Part shown: positions 36,062 to 44,787 of the stretch, piece after piece
Layout of the letters: every line of letters starts with the position of its first letter
Position numbering within the stretch: position 1 is the first letter of the stretch
Assembly (NCBI GenBank): GCA_043737735.1
Contig: JAYTAB010000013.1
Coordinates: 1-52,079 of the forward strand
Origin: Candidatus Saccharimonadota bacterium
GTDB lineage: Bacteria > Patescibacteriota > Saccharimonadia > Saccharimonadales > UBA4665
DNA length: 52,079 nucleotides
Direction of reading: 5' to 3'
Translations under genes and position numbers: made by a program
The notes under the pieces: generated by a model
Seen by the model: only the letters and a program-made list of their open reading frames with translations
The model's database searches: none
Told to the model about the DNA's origin: nothing

Positions 36062-37627
36062 TTATATCTCGTCTTTTTTCTGGCTGATGAAATCTGTCCA
36101 CTGGCGTAACAATCGAAGAATCGTTTTCAGTGGAAGCTCGATGAGCGTATCGAGTATTAGCGTGATGATATTGACCTTGGCGTATTTGTCGGAGAGCCAC
36201 CGGCCTACCAGGATGAACGGTGTATAGAAGAAATCGCGCAGGGTCGTGATGAGGCTGGGCTTGGCTGCTATGAGTTCAAGTTCGCGGATAATGTTAGACA
36301 ATCGGAAGCCGAGGAAGCTAGCGGTCGCCAGGAATATGAAGAAAATTGCGCCCTGAATGATGTTGAATTGCGATTTCATCAGCAGGTTGACGACCAGGCC
36401 GAAGACGATGATGAACATCAAAACATACACCACACTGAAGCCGATATTGTGCTTCGGTTTTTTGAACGCCGGGTATAAATCATACCCCGCCTGGTCGTAC
36501 AGCATGGTGTCGGCGTACAATCTGACGGCGTCGGAATTCGTTCGCTCGGGCAGCCGCAGACTCAGCCGCAAACTGGCCATGTAGACGACCGGTACAAGTA
36601 GGTTGACCACGAGCGGTACTACCACGATCGACCCGGTTACCAATATGTCGTACGGGATTTCGACCATCAGCCCGATGAGGGCTTTGGTGATGAATAAGAA
36701 CACGATGCTTTTGATCGCACCTTTGTTTAGCTTGATCTTGGCCTCTTGGTAGGCGCGGGCGATGTAAGTGTCGTAGGCGGCCAGAAAATGGTTTCTGTCG
36801 GGCAGTATGTCGTCGATGTCGCTGTCTTGGATGACGTTCTTTAGGATACGGAGAGGAGCGCCGTACTTGTTGATGTAGCGCGTCAGTTTGTCATTGGAAC
36901 TGGAATCGAATATGCGGTCGACTGATGCGAAGAATTTAACGTATTCATGAATGTCGTGATCCTGGAGTCTATGCAAGTTTTGCATGTCGTATCGTATAGT
37001 CGAGAGATTTGATTTCAAGAGTGCTTTGTGGACTGCGATGTAGACGCTGGCTTCGTAGCTTTCGGCATCAGATATGGTTTCGAGGAATGACTCCTTTGGA
37101 AGGGTTGATAGGTAATGTTGATATGCAAATTGGGTGAAAATATCCTGAGGAGGTTTGGCGGCGATCAGTCCGTCACTTTCGACTGAAAGCAGATCTAGAG
37201 TAAGGTCGTGAGCGTAGTTGCTCGTCACGTTCGCATCCCTCAGCCGCCAGTAATTATCATAGTGCTTTTTGATAGTCGATTGGAGGGCAGCCAATACCTC
37301 TACTGGCTGAGTATTGTTCTTGATGTATCCAGCTTGGGTCAGTTCGATGATGAGCTCATTGGCGATGGCCGGCTTGACGTTGGTTTTGGAGCCAAATGAT
37401 AGATTTCTAATGTAAAAGCGGCGGATCGCCCGTTGACGTAGCAAATGCTCCTGTGTGTATTCGGCGGCGTTACGTAGCTGTTCGTAGGCAGCCGATACCA
37501 TACCGCCGACGCCAGCAACGTTGATTGTCCTCTGAGAATCCCGGTGGACCTGTTGGATCTTATATGCGGCTAGGCGCGCTGCCAGATCTTGCCCGGCTGC
37601 GTTCAATTGATTGTTGCTAGGCTGCAC
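36062..37627 (-). CDS. Hypothetical large membrane protein (soluble N-terminal half, C-terminal half with about 6 TM helices)
   Basis: 521-aa ORF overlapping the marR stop by 11 nt. No motif I can assign. Confidence 0.6.
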   Translation of the reverse strand: MQPSNNQLNAAGQDLAARLAAYKIQQVHRDSQRTINVAGVGGMVSAAYEQLRNAAEYTQEHLLRQRAIRRFYIRNLSFGSKTNVKPAIANELIIELTQAGYIKNNTQPVEVLAALQSTIKKHYDNYWRLRDANVTSNYAHDLTLDLLSVESDGLIAAKPPQDIFTQFAYQHYLSTLPKESFLETISDAESYEASVYIAVHKALLKSNLSTIRYDMQNLHRLQDHDIHEYVKFFASVDRIFDSSSNDKLTRYINKYGAPLRILKNVIQDSDIDDILPDRNHFLAAYDTYIARAYQEAKIKLNKGAIKSIVFLFITKALIGLMVEIPYDILVTGSIVVVPLVVNLLVPVVYMASLRLSLRLPERTNSDAVRLYADTMLYDQAGYDLYPAFKKPKHNIGFSVVYVLMFIIVFGLVVNLLMKSQFNIIQGAIFFIFLATASFLGFRLSNIIRELELIAAKPSLITTLRDFFYTPFILVGRWLSDKYAKVNIITLILDTLIELPLKTILRLLRQWTDFISQKKDEI

Positions 37628-38108
37628 GTTGTTGTCTCCTGGTTTGTGTCGAACCTACGGCCGGTTCGTTATTCATGTCATTTGTTACGAATGTCTTCAT
37701 TTTTTCAGCAACTCGGAGCATCACGTCGATCTCGGGCTCACTCAGCTCGGCGGTGAGGACTTGTAGCAATTGATGACGAAGTTGCAGATATTTTACTACA
37801 ACAGTCTGCCCTTTGTCACTGAGTTTGAGTTGGACGAACCGATGGTCGCTGGCATCGCGCTCCTTAAGAATCAACCCCCGGCGCACCAAAGTCTCAACCG
37901 TTTGAGTTATCGCGCCGCTGGTGATGACCAACTGGTCCACTAGGTCTTTGGTAGTCTTGGCAGCATGCTCGTCTAGTAGGGTTAGTATGTCGAGCTGTGT
38001 CCGACTGTAGGTGTTCCCGCCGATAGATCGTTCGTGAAGTGCCCCAGCCACTCTCCGCAGTATGGTCAGCGAATTTTCGATATGTTTGAGATGTGTTTCT
38101 GTGCTCAT
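37617..38108 (-). CDS. MarR family transcriptional regulator
   Basis: Winged-helix pattern LDILTLLDEHAAKTTKDLVDQLVITSGAITQTVETLVRRGLILKERDASDHR. Confidence 0.85.
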   Translation of the reverse strand: MSTETHLKHIENSLTILRRVAGALHERSIGGNTYSRTQLDILTLLDEHAAKTTKDLVDQLVITSGAITQTVETLVRRGLILKERDASDHRFVQLKLSDKGQTVVVKYLQLRHQLLQVLTAELSEPEIDVMLRVAEKMKTFVTNDMNNEPAVGSTQTRRQQRAA

Positions 38109-38178
38109 GTAACCCTGATAGTTTAGACCCTAACACGTTATTGTGCAAGGCATACCGAGCAAAAAGGATTGTCGCCAA

Positions 38179-38439
38179 TTATCTCAGAATTATCTTCAGC
38201 AAAGCGATCACGGCAATTACTGCCCAGAAGATGTTGAGGACAATAGATTGCCGAACTTTCTTGACCGTCGAAATTATTATGATGCCAATGGCACCGGTTA
38301 AGTTGAGGAATTGGAATAACCAACCCCCGGAAGAAATAGCGTCAAAACTGACGAGAGCGTAGGCGGTAACGATAGCGGCCGCGCCGTACCATCCAGCTAT
38401 TTCTGCCAGTTGTCTTCTGTGAATGATGTATAGTTTCAT
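38179..38439 (-). CDS. Small 3-TM membrane protein
   Basis: 86 aa with three hydrophobic segments. Lies between the rhodanese and marR genes on the same strand. Confidence 0.55.
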   Translation of the reverse strand: MKLYIIHRRQLAEIAGWYGAAAIVTAYALVSFDAISSGGWLFQFLNLTGAIGIIIISTVKKVRQSIVLNIFWAVIAVIALLKIILR

Positions 38440-38466
38440 AGTGTAAGCATAACAAATTGGAGTAGT

Positions 38467-38724
38467 TTATAGGTACTTTGCCTTGACGTGATCCTGATTG
38501 ACTCCATTGATTACGTTGGTGTAGCCCATGCCCTGTAAAATGTTCATTGATACGGCGGAACGGCTGCCGGTGCGACAATACAAGACTAGTTCGGTGTCTT
38601 TGGCTACGTCATGTAGCTTTTCTGCGCCGGCCATAAGTTCTGATGGCGGAATGTTGATGGCTCCGCGGGCGTGCCCCATTTTGAATTCGATTGGTTCGCG
38701 GACGTCGATAATTATTCTGCTCAT
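38467..38724 (-). CDS. Rhodanese-domain sulfurtransferase
   Basis: IIDVREPIEFKMGHARGAINIP and the active-site loop CRTGSRS. AGGAG RBS before ATG 38724. Confidence 0.85.
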   Translation of the reverse strand: MSRIIIDVREPIEFKMGHARGAINIPPSELMAGAEKLHDVAKDTELVLYCRTGSRSAVSMNILQGMGYTNVINGVNQDHVKAKYL

Positions 38725-38777
38725 GTTGCTCCTATAGTTCGAATTAGTACTGATACGATTAATACTAACGTAAACCA

Positions 38778-38814
38778 TTTACATTAGCAAATAGTGCGCA
38801 TATAATGTCATTAT
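38778..38814 (+). promoter_or_regulatory. Promoter TTTACA-17 nt-TATAAT with palindrome ATAATG-T-CATTAT overlapping the -10 box and the fur start codon
   Basis: TTTACA at 38778-83, TATAAT at 38801-06, palindrome at 38802-38814, ATG at 38813. No room for a Shine-Dalgarno sequence. Confidence 0.45.
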
Positions 38815-39217
38815 GATGATCGTAACTAGTGTCGTCCAGCGCCAGACCAGGTATTGCCAGGCTATTGAGATCGAGCTTTCGAGGCTTGGCCATGCTACTA
38901 ATGCCGACCTCCTGAGCGCGCTACGAGAATTGTACCCTGATCTCAGCGCTACAACCGTGCATCGAGCCACGGCGCGCCTAGCGGCGCGGGGCACCATTGC
39001 GGTTGCTCCGTCGACGCGTGATGGATCGATGATGTATGACGCAAATAACGCTCCGCATGACCATTTTCAATGTTTATCGTGCGGCATCCTTCGAGATACC
39101 GACGTCAAGGATAAAATCATCTCGATATTGGAATCTTCGATCGGTGATTGCAGCATATCTGGACAATTAACAATAAGCGGCATGTGCAAAACGTGTATTA
39201 GACCTGCCGTGATATAA
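38813..39217 (+). CDS. Fur family metalloregulator (Fur/Zur/PerR type)
   Basis: Winged helix (TTVHRATARLAARGTI), HDHFQCLSCG and C-terminal CKTC metal-site cysteines. Confidence 0.8.
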   Translation: MMIVTSVVQRQTRYCQAIEIELSRLGHATNADLLSALRELYPDLSATTVHRATARLAARGTIAVAPSTRDGSMMYDANNAPHDHFQCLSCGILRDTDVKDKIISILESSIGDCSISGQLTISGMCKTCIRPAVI

Positions 39218-39352
39218 CCACTCGGTCGCATCAATTACATCTGAGCACGTTCTAACTGTCAAAGTACGTTTTCTGGAACAGTTATTTGCTCTACAGAAGA
39301 CCGACGAGAAATACCATAGCATAGCCGCTTGGTCAATACTGTTATGTCAATA

Positions 39353-40864
39353 CTATTTCTGGTGATCGTCGTTGTTGAGAGATATATCAAATGGAGTGCT
39401 AGGTCGGCGTATGGCTAAATATGCCAACTTTAGGCGCTGGTCAGCCCTTAGCTGGAGGCTCATAAAGTTTGTAAAGGGTGCTACGTTGCGGGCGCTTACG
39501 AGCTTTTGTCTTATGGGACGACCGAGGATAATGCCGAAAGACGCACCTGTAGCAATAGCTAGTGCCGTTGATATGGCAGTAAATAGAGTACCGACTCCAC
39601 TGAAGAATAATGGAGTTCCCGGCGGGTAATTAACCAACTGCATTAGACCGTTATATAGCGACAGTCCTGGGACGAGTGGAATAATGGCCGCAGAGATAAT
39701 TCCGGTTGAAGGTGTTTGCCACATACGAGAAAAAAGCGAACCCACCACACCCACGAATATCGCGGCTACACCACTTGCTGCGATAATAGAGATGTCGAGA
39801 TAGCTGGCAAGGCAGGTAATAGCCAAGGCACCTCCGCCCACTATGCCGGCCCAGAGTATGGCTCTTAGCCGTGTTTGGGTAACTAGCGCGTAGCCTGCTG
39901 CTGCTATTGCTGCGCCGATGACTTGAAATTGCAGTGCTGTTAAATGTAGTGGGTCTGGCGAAACGGTTATACCGATGCCGAGCTTGCGGGCAGTGTAGAG
40001 TCCAATCAAAATACCGATGACAATTCCGGTAGTCTGGAATATAACCTTGAGCAGTCGGGCGTTTGCAGTTATGTAGTACTCTTCGATAGCGTCCTGGATG
40101 GCTCCGACAATTGTGAGTCCGGCCACCAACATGACGATACCACCGACAACGATTAGTGTAGGATTCATACCGTCAAAAAATCTAACCCCGTTTTTGCTTA
40201 GAAGATTAATGAGTGCAGCCGACAAAGTTATAGCTGCCGTTGCGCAAATCTGTCGGAAAAAAGGCGGTATGCTGTGGCGGGCTAGGTATAGCAGCAGGCG
40301 GTCTACGGTTACGCCAATAATGAAGGTGACCAGTATAACCCGCCAGTTAGTGGAAAACATTAACGTCACGGCAGCGGCGATAAGACCATTACCGACAGAT
40401 ATCAGCCAGCCCGGGTATACAATGGGCTCTTTTAGGATGTTTTCTAATTCTTTTTCGGCCCTTTTTAGATCGTAGTGACCCTCGCGGATATGAAAGATTA
40501 GCCGTTGAACTAACTGAACTGTCATATTGTTGATATCGCGCATAGAGACTGGGCGCATAAGCGTCAATGGCTCGTACTCAATTCCACGGAGTTGCGATAA
40601 CATAATAAGATTGGAGCTTATATCCATGTGTACTGGCCGCTCACAATACGTTTCGGTAATGTCTAGGGCTTTTGACACTACTGCATTTGCGGGCACGCCC
40701 ATAGACAATAGTAAGTCGCTGGCCGTCATCGCTAGGCGTAAAGCGCGCAGATTAGGTGTTAGGGTTTCTCCGACTTTTTCAATTTCGGGTATTGCAGAGT
40801 CGGTAATGCCACCGACTTCTTCATGTTGGGATTGTCTTTGACGAAGGCTAGGTATAAGTTTCAT
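39353..40864 (-). CDS. Threonine/serine exporter family protein (ThrE; fused DUF1212+DUF3815-like halves)
   Basis: N-terminal LRLAMTASDLLLSMGVPANAVV followed by about 10 TM helices. 503 aa. Confidence 0.75.
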   Translation of the reverse strand: MKLIPSLRQRQSQHEEVGGITDSAIPEIEKVGETLTPNLRALRLAMTASDLLLSMGVPANAVVSKALDITETYCERPVHMDISSNLIMLSQLRGIEYEPLTLMRPVSMRDINNMTVQLVQRLIFHIREGHYDLKRAEKELENILKEPIVYPGWLISVGNGLIAAAVTLMFSTNWRVILVTFIIGVTVDRLLLYLARHSIPPFFRQICATAAITLSAALINLLSKNGVRFFDGMNPTLIVVGGIVMLVAGLTIVGAIQDAIEEYYITANARLLKVIFQTTGIVIGILIGLYTARKLGIGITVSPDPLHLTALQFQVIGAAIAAAGYALVTQTRLRAILWAGIVGGGALAITCLASYLDISIIAASGVAAIFVGVVGSLFSRMWQTPSTGIISAAIIPLVPGLSLYNGLMQLVNYPPGTPLFFSGVGTLFTAISTALAIATGASFGIILGRPIRQKLVSARNVAPFTNFMSLQLRADQRLKLAYLAIRRPSTPFDISLNNDDHQK

Positions 40865-41073
40865 CTAATTCAAAGTATACTCGTCTTACGCAAAATCGTT
40901 TACTCTCAGTGTAAATCTGAATCAGCGAAAACTATCTGCTCTGCTGTATTATCGAAAACAAGCAGCACAGAAGCTAGCAGGTCGTCTATTCGAATGTTTA
41001 GATGTAGCTGAGCACTACTACTAGCGACCGGTATATTTATCAGAATAGGGTTGTCGGGGCACTAGGTCAGGAG

Positions 41074-41856
41074 TTACCTTTTTAGTAACACCTTACTGCG
41101 GCGTTGCGATAGTGGCGCATCGACGTATGCGTAACTAACGTCAGTGTGCGACAACGATCGAACGTCCTGTTCTTGGCGCGAACACCACCAGGCTCCAACA
41201 TGCAGGTTAAGTTTACGTGCCTTACGAACAAGTTCTGGCGTAATGTACTTACCGTCCGGATTATAACCACGCATACCATTGTCGGCAGCCCATTGCAGAC
41301 CTTCGTCTGTAACTTCATCTACAAGTAATTCGTGGACTGTTTGGTCCGGCATTGCTTCAATTGAACGAAGTAATTGTTCGCGGTCAAACGAAGAGATGAC
41401 AAGTCTGTGACGCCAAGGGATAGTCAATCTATATCTTGCTTTACGGCTACGATCAACGGCCCAACCTGTACTTATCATTAGGTCTGCAATATGTCTAGGA
41501 AGTTCTGCTTCTGTTGATTTAATTTCTAGGTGCAAATAAGCAATATCTTTGTATGAATTAAGAAAGTCTTCTAATGAGGGAATGCGCTGATTGGCAAAGG
41601 ACGGCGAAAACCACGAACCGGCATCAAGCTTTGAAAGTTCGGTATAGCTCATGTCGGCGACTCGACCGGTGCCGTTGGTGGTTCTTTCGAGTGTCACGTC
41701 GTGGATGATTACTGGCACACCGTCGCGGCTCAATTGGACATCGAACTCGATGTCACGATAACCGCGCTCAATTGCTAGATCAAAGGCAGAAAAGGTATTT
41801 TCGGGTGCTTCACTCGAGTAACCACGATGGGCAATTAGGAGCAATCGTCTAAACAT
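41074..41856 (-). CDS. Glycerophosphodiester phosphodiesterase
   Basis: LIAHRGYSSEAPENTFSAF...IEFDVQLSRDGVPVIIHD (GDPD catalytic motifs). Confidence 0.9.
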   Translation of the reverse strand: MFRRLLLIAHRGYSSEAPENTFSAFDLAIERGYRDIEFDVQLSRDGVPVIIHDVTLERTTNGTGRVADMSYTELSKLDAGSWFSPSFANQRIPSLEDFLNSYKDIAYLHLEIKSTEAELPRHIADLMISTGWAVDRSRKARYRLTIPWRHRLVISSFDREQLLRSIEAMPDQTVHELLVDEVTDEGLQWAADNGMRGYNPDGKYITPELVRKARKLNLHVGAWWCSRQEQDVRSLSHTDVSYAYVDAPLSQRRSKVLLKR

Positions 41857-41992
41857 AACCGATACTATAACATAGTATCGGTCAGAAATAGCGAATTAAA
41901 TTTGAACTATTTCGACGGCTGGCTGAGTATTGTAGTCGAAGCAAGTACAATCTATGATAGAAATTTTCATTTATTGCTTTGCGTACGGTGAG

Positions 41993-42667
41993 TTATAAAG
42001 AAAATCGTGGCCGTATTGTTTGATTGAGTGCAGTTGTAATGCTAGAGACGGGCTGCCCCACTTCGAGCTTTTTGGCTTCGTTCCAATCTTTTACGCCAGC
42101 CGCGAACATGGCAATACGCAGTCCGCGTTTCCAGTTTTCGATTACGGCAATGACTGATTCTGCAGATGTTATGGCTGGTTCCAAAAATGGCGATGCCGCA
42201 GAGAACAGGTCAGCTCCTAGTGCACGGGATTTCAGTCCATCCAGCGGGCTTCGTACGCCACCGCTGGCGACGATAAAAGCGTTTGGCGCATGTTTTCTGA
42301 CCAGAGTAAAAGTGTCAGCCGCATCTTGCTTCTCCAGGCCGATGCGCTGGCTGCCCACTCCCATGGCCACGCCGCACTGCTCGGCCGCCAGCGCCAGATT
42401 GGTGTTGATGGCGCGTCCGTGCTCCGAGCCACCTGTCATCGACCCAATGATGAGTGGTACCGCCAGGGTCTTGTCGCACAGGCTAACAGACGTATCGACA
42501 TCATCGAGCGATGCCTCCGGTAGTGCAGTGTATGGCAGTCGATAGCCATCAAAAACCGAACCAGACGCCTGTGCCGCCTGCGACCCCTGTGATCTGAGGT
42601 CCAAGCATAGCCGGATATGGTCGCCCTTGCGCCGCTCAATGTCCTTGAAATTATTGCCTATGCTCAC
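41993..42667 (-). CDS. Type-2 isopentenyl-diphosphate isomerase homologue with large internal in-frame deletion (probable relic)
   Basis: RRKGDHI, PLIIGSMTGG and MGVGSQR run straight into IVASGGVR...ALGA. It is 224 aa, against about 350 aa for this family. Confidence 0.6.
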   Translation of the reverse strand: MSIGNNFKDIERRKGDHIRLCLDLRSQGSQAAQASGSVFDGYRLPYTALPEASLDDVDTSVSLCDKTLAVPLIIGSMTGGSEHGRAINTNLALAAEQCGVAMGVGSQRIGLEKQDAADTFTLVRKHAPNAFIVASGGVRSPLDGLKSRALGADLFSAASPFLEPAITSAESVIAVIENWKRGLRIAMFAAGVKDWNEAKKLEVGQPVSSITTALNQTIRPRFSL

Positions 42668-42684
42668 ACTTGGACGTCCCCCAG

Positions 42685-43548
42685 CTATATTTTACTGGCA
42701 AAACCTGTTGGCGATTCGTCCTTTGGGGCGACGTGTTTGCGACTACGTAGAAGTTTTTGGATAATTTTGCCTACCAGCGCCATTGACAGCAAGATAATGC
42801 CGACGACGATCGCCACCAGGTAGCTGTGACTCAGGCCGTTGCCAATCTCAGTTGCGACGCTCGGGGGCAGTGCCGTAAGTGGTCCGTCTCCATCAGTAGG
42901 TGGGTGCAGTAGTAATAATCCAGCGATTGCCCCCAGCGGGCTGACGGCCAGCAGTAATATGCCGGGGCTTACCAGGCGGCCCCAGCCGGCGCTGAAAAGA
43001 ATCATTGTAGACATGAATATAATAGTCAAAACAGTCGACCACAGTAAGCCAATCTTCAGTGCTTCATGTGTAGATTTGGTGAATACCCCCAGTAGTGATG
43101 CCTGCTGGGCAAACTTTTGCTGTTCGGCAGGGTCCTTGGTCATGTCGGCCGCAGCGCCCTTGAGGCCCTTGTCGTAAATCGGTTCGGTGAGCTGTCGAAA
43201 TATCGCAATTCGCAAATCCTTGGGGCCGAGCGTCATGGCATCATGCTTTGATATACTGAGCCATGGAAATTGTTCTATGGGAGTTACCTTATCGCCGGGC
43301 GTGGCGGCCGCTTTCAGTCGGAATTCATCGATTCCCTTGGCATCGTCCAGTCCGTCTTTGCTGAACAGGCCCGCTACTATAGTCGCCGACAAAGTAGTCG
43401 CCCGGTCTCTCTCGGTCAGAGCGGCGAGATTGAAGAGCAATAAACTTGAGCCCAAAGTGACTAGCGTCAGAAGACCAAATACCCACTTCAGGTCAACGTG
43501 CCAGTAGGGACGGGCCCTCTCTGTTTTTGGTTGTGTAGCCATAAGCAT
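42685..43548 (-). CDS. Hypothetical membrane protein
   Basis: 287 aa with one N-terminal TM helix and 3-4 C-terminal TM helices. Confidence 0.5.
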   Translation of the reverse strand: MLMATQPKTERARPYWHVDLKWVFGLLTLVTLGSSLLLFNLAALTERDRATTLSATIVAGLFSKDGLDDAKGIDEFRLKAAATPGDKVTPIEQFPWLSISKHDAMTLGPKDLRIAIFRQLTEPIYDKGLKGAAADMTKDPAEQQKFAQQASLLGVFTKSTHEALKIGLLWSTVLTIIFMSTMILFSAGWGRLVSPGILLLAVSPLGAIAGLLLLHPPTDGDGPLTALPPSVATEIGNGLSHSYLVAIVVGIILLSMALVGKIIQKLLRSRKHVAPKDESPTGFASKI

Positions 43549-43637
43549 TATTGTATCACGTACAGCACGCGCCGAGTGGGGGTATTATGTCAGGAGGTCT
43601 ATGTACCCCTTGTTAATTTTACGGGGCTCCAGCCACG

Positions 43638-44612
43638 TTACTTCGCGAGCACAACCGTACTGACCTCACGGGTGCCGAAGTGGCCTGCTACTGGGAGGGT
43701 TCCTAATTTTCTTAGTATGGGCTGGTATGCGATGGCCAATTTTTCCGGGAAGCCAGCTGCAAAGGCCCAGTCTGTAAGCTGCCTAGTACCAAGCTCGTCG
43801 CTCGCAGGACGTGCTAGTGAGCGCACGATCAGCATACCGTTCTCTTTCAATAATTCGTAGGCGTTTGTTATGCCCATTTTTATGTCTTCGGACGTAGTGT
43901 GTCGAGCTCCGGTACACAGGATGACGTCAGCGACGTCTGCCGCCTCGTTGCGGGATCTTCTATATTTGATGATCTCGTTCGTTGCTGTCGTTACGCTGCC
44001 TACCTTTCCTATGTATAACTTCCCGGTTATGAAAGTATTCGAAGTGCCTCTTCCATAGTATGCATTGTACGTACTCTTCAACACCTTGTTGGTAAATGGT
44101 AGACGCACGATGGGGCTGTATGTAAATGGGTTATTGCCTTTGTCCACAAACGCGAGCTGGTCACCTAGATAACTACGTGATGCCAGACAGGCGCCAAGGT
44201 CGAGTACCAGTGAAGGTGGACGTGCCAATGCAAGTAGGTCGTTGTCTATAGTAACAACTTCAGGATAAATACGGATAGCATTCTTGGCTCGTTGTGGCTT
44301 AGGTTGATTGTCGTGAGCTACGAAGTAGCCGGCTGTAAATCCTTGGAAATCATAGATTCGCCCAGGCTTCGTGCCGTTATCGATGGCTGCTCGGGCTATA
44401 GCTCGAGCGACCTTACCGTCAGTGTATGAGTATTCTCCATACAACTTGACCTGTTGTCTGTCGGTATAGGGCTCGTGTGCGCCCAGTGTGTCGCCATCTG
44501 ACAAGCCGGAAACGGCCGCTGGCAAAAAATTGGTCACAAATTCGCGCTTGTCCATGCCTGATAATTCCTCGAGGCCGACTTGTCGGATCAGTTCTTTTAC
44601 GTCTATTGTCAT
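43638..44612 (-). CDS. Hypothetical protein (weak methyltransferase-like pattern)
   Basis: 324-aa ORF. LVLDLGACLAS ... DVILCTG ... LLKENGMLIV loosely resembles class I MTase motifs but lacks the glycine-rich loop. Confidence 0.45.
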   Translation of the reverse strand: MTIDVKELIRQVGLEELSGMDKREFVTNFLPAAVSGLSDGDTLGAHEPYTDRQQVKLYGEYSYTDGKVARAIARAAIDNGTKPGRIYDFQGFTAGYFVAHDNQPKPQRAKNAIRIYPEVVTIDNDLLALARPPSLVLDLGACLASRSYLGDQLAFVDKGNNPFTYSPIVRLPFTNKVLKSTYNAYYGRGTSNTFITGKLYIGKVGSVTTATNEIIKYRRSRNEAADVADVILCTGARHTTSEDIKMGITNAYELLKENGMLIVRSLARPASDELGTRQLTDWAFAAGFPEKLAIAYQPILRKLGTLPVAGHFGTREVSTVVLAK

Positions 44613-44787
44613 AGGCGTATTTTATAACTATGGACCTATAGGTGCAATTATTACGGTAGGTCTATTGAGTATATGTTAACCATTAGTAGTATTATGTATA
44701 TATTGAGTTTTGATTGCGTACGGGCGGCGGGGCATAGGACCGAACCTCGTGATGCAGTTTTTAGATGGATGATATGCAAAAATTCAG

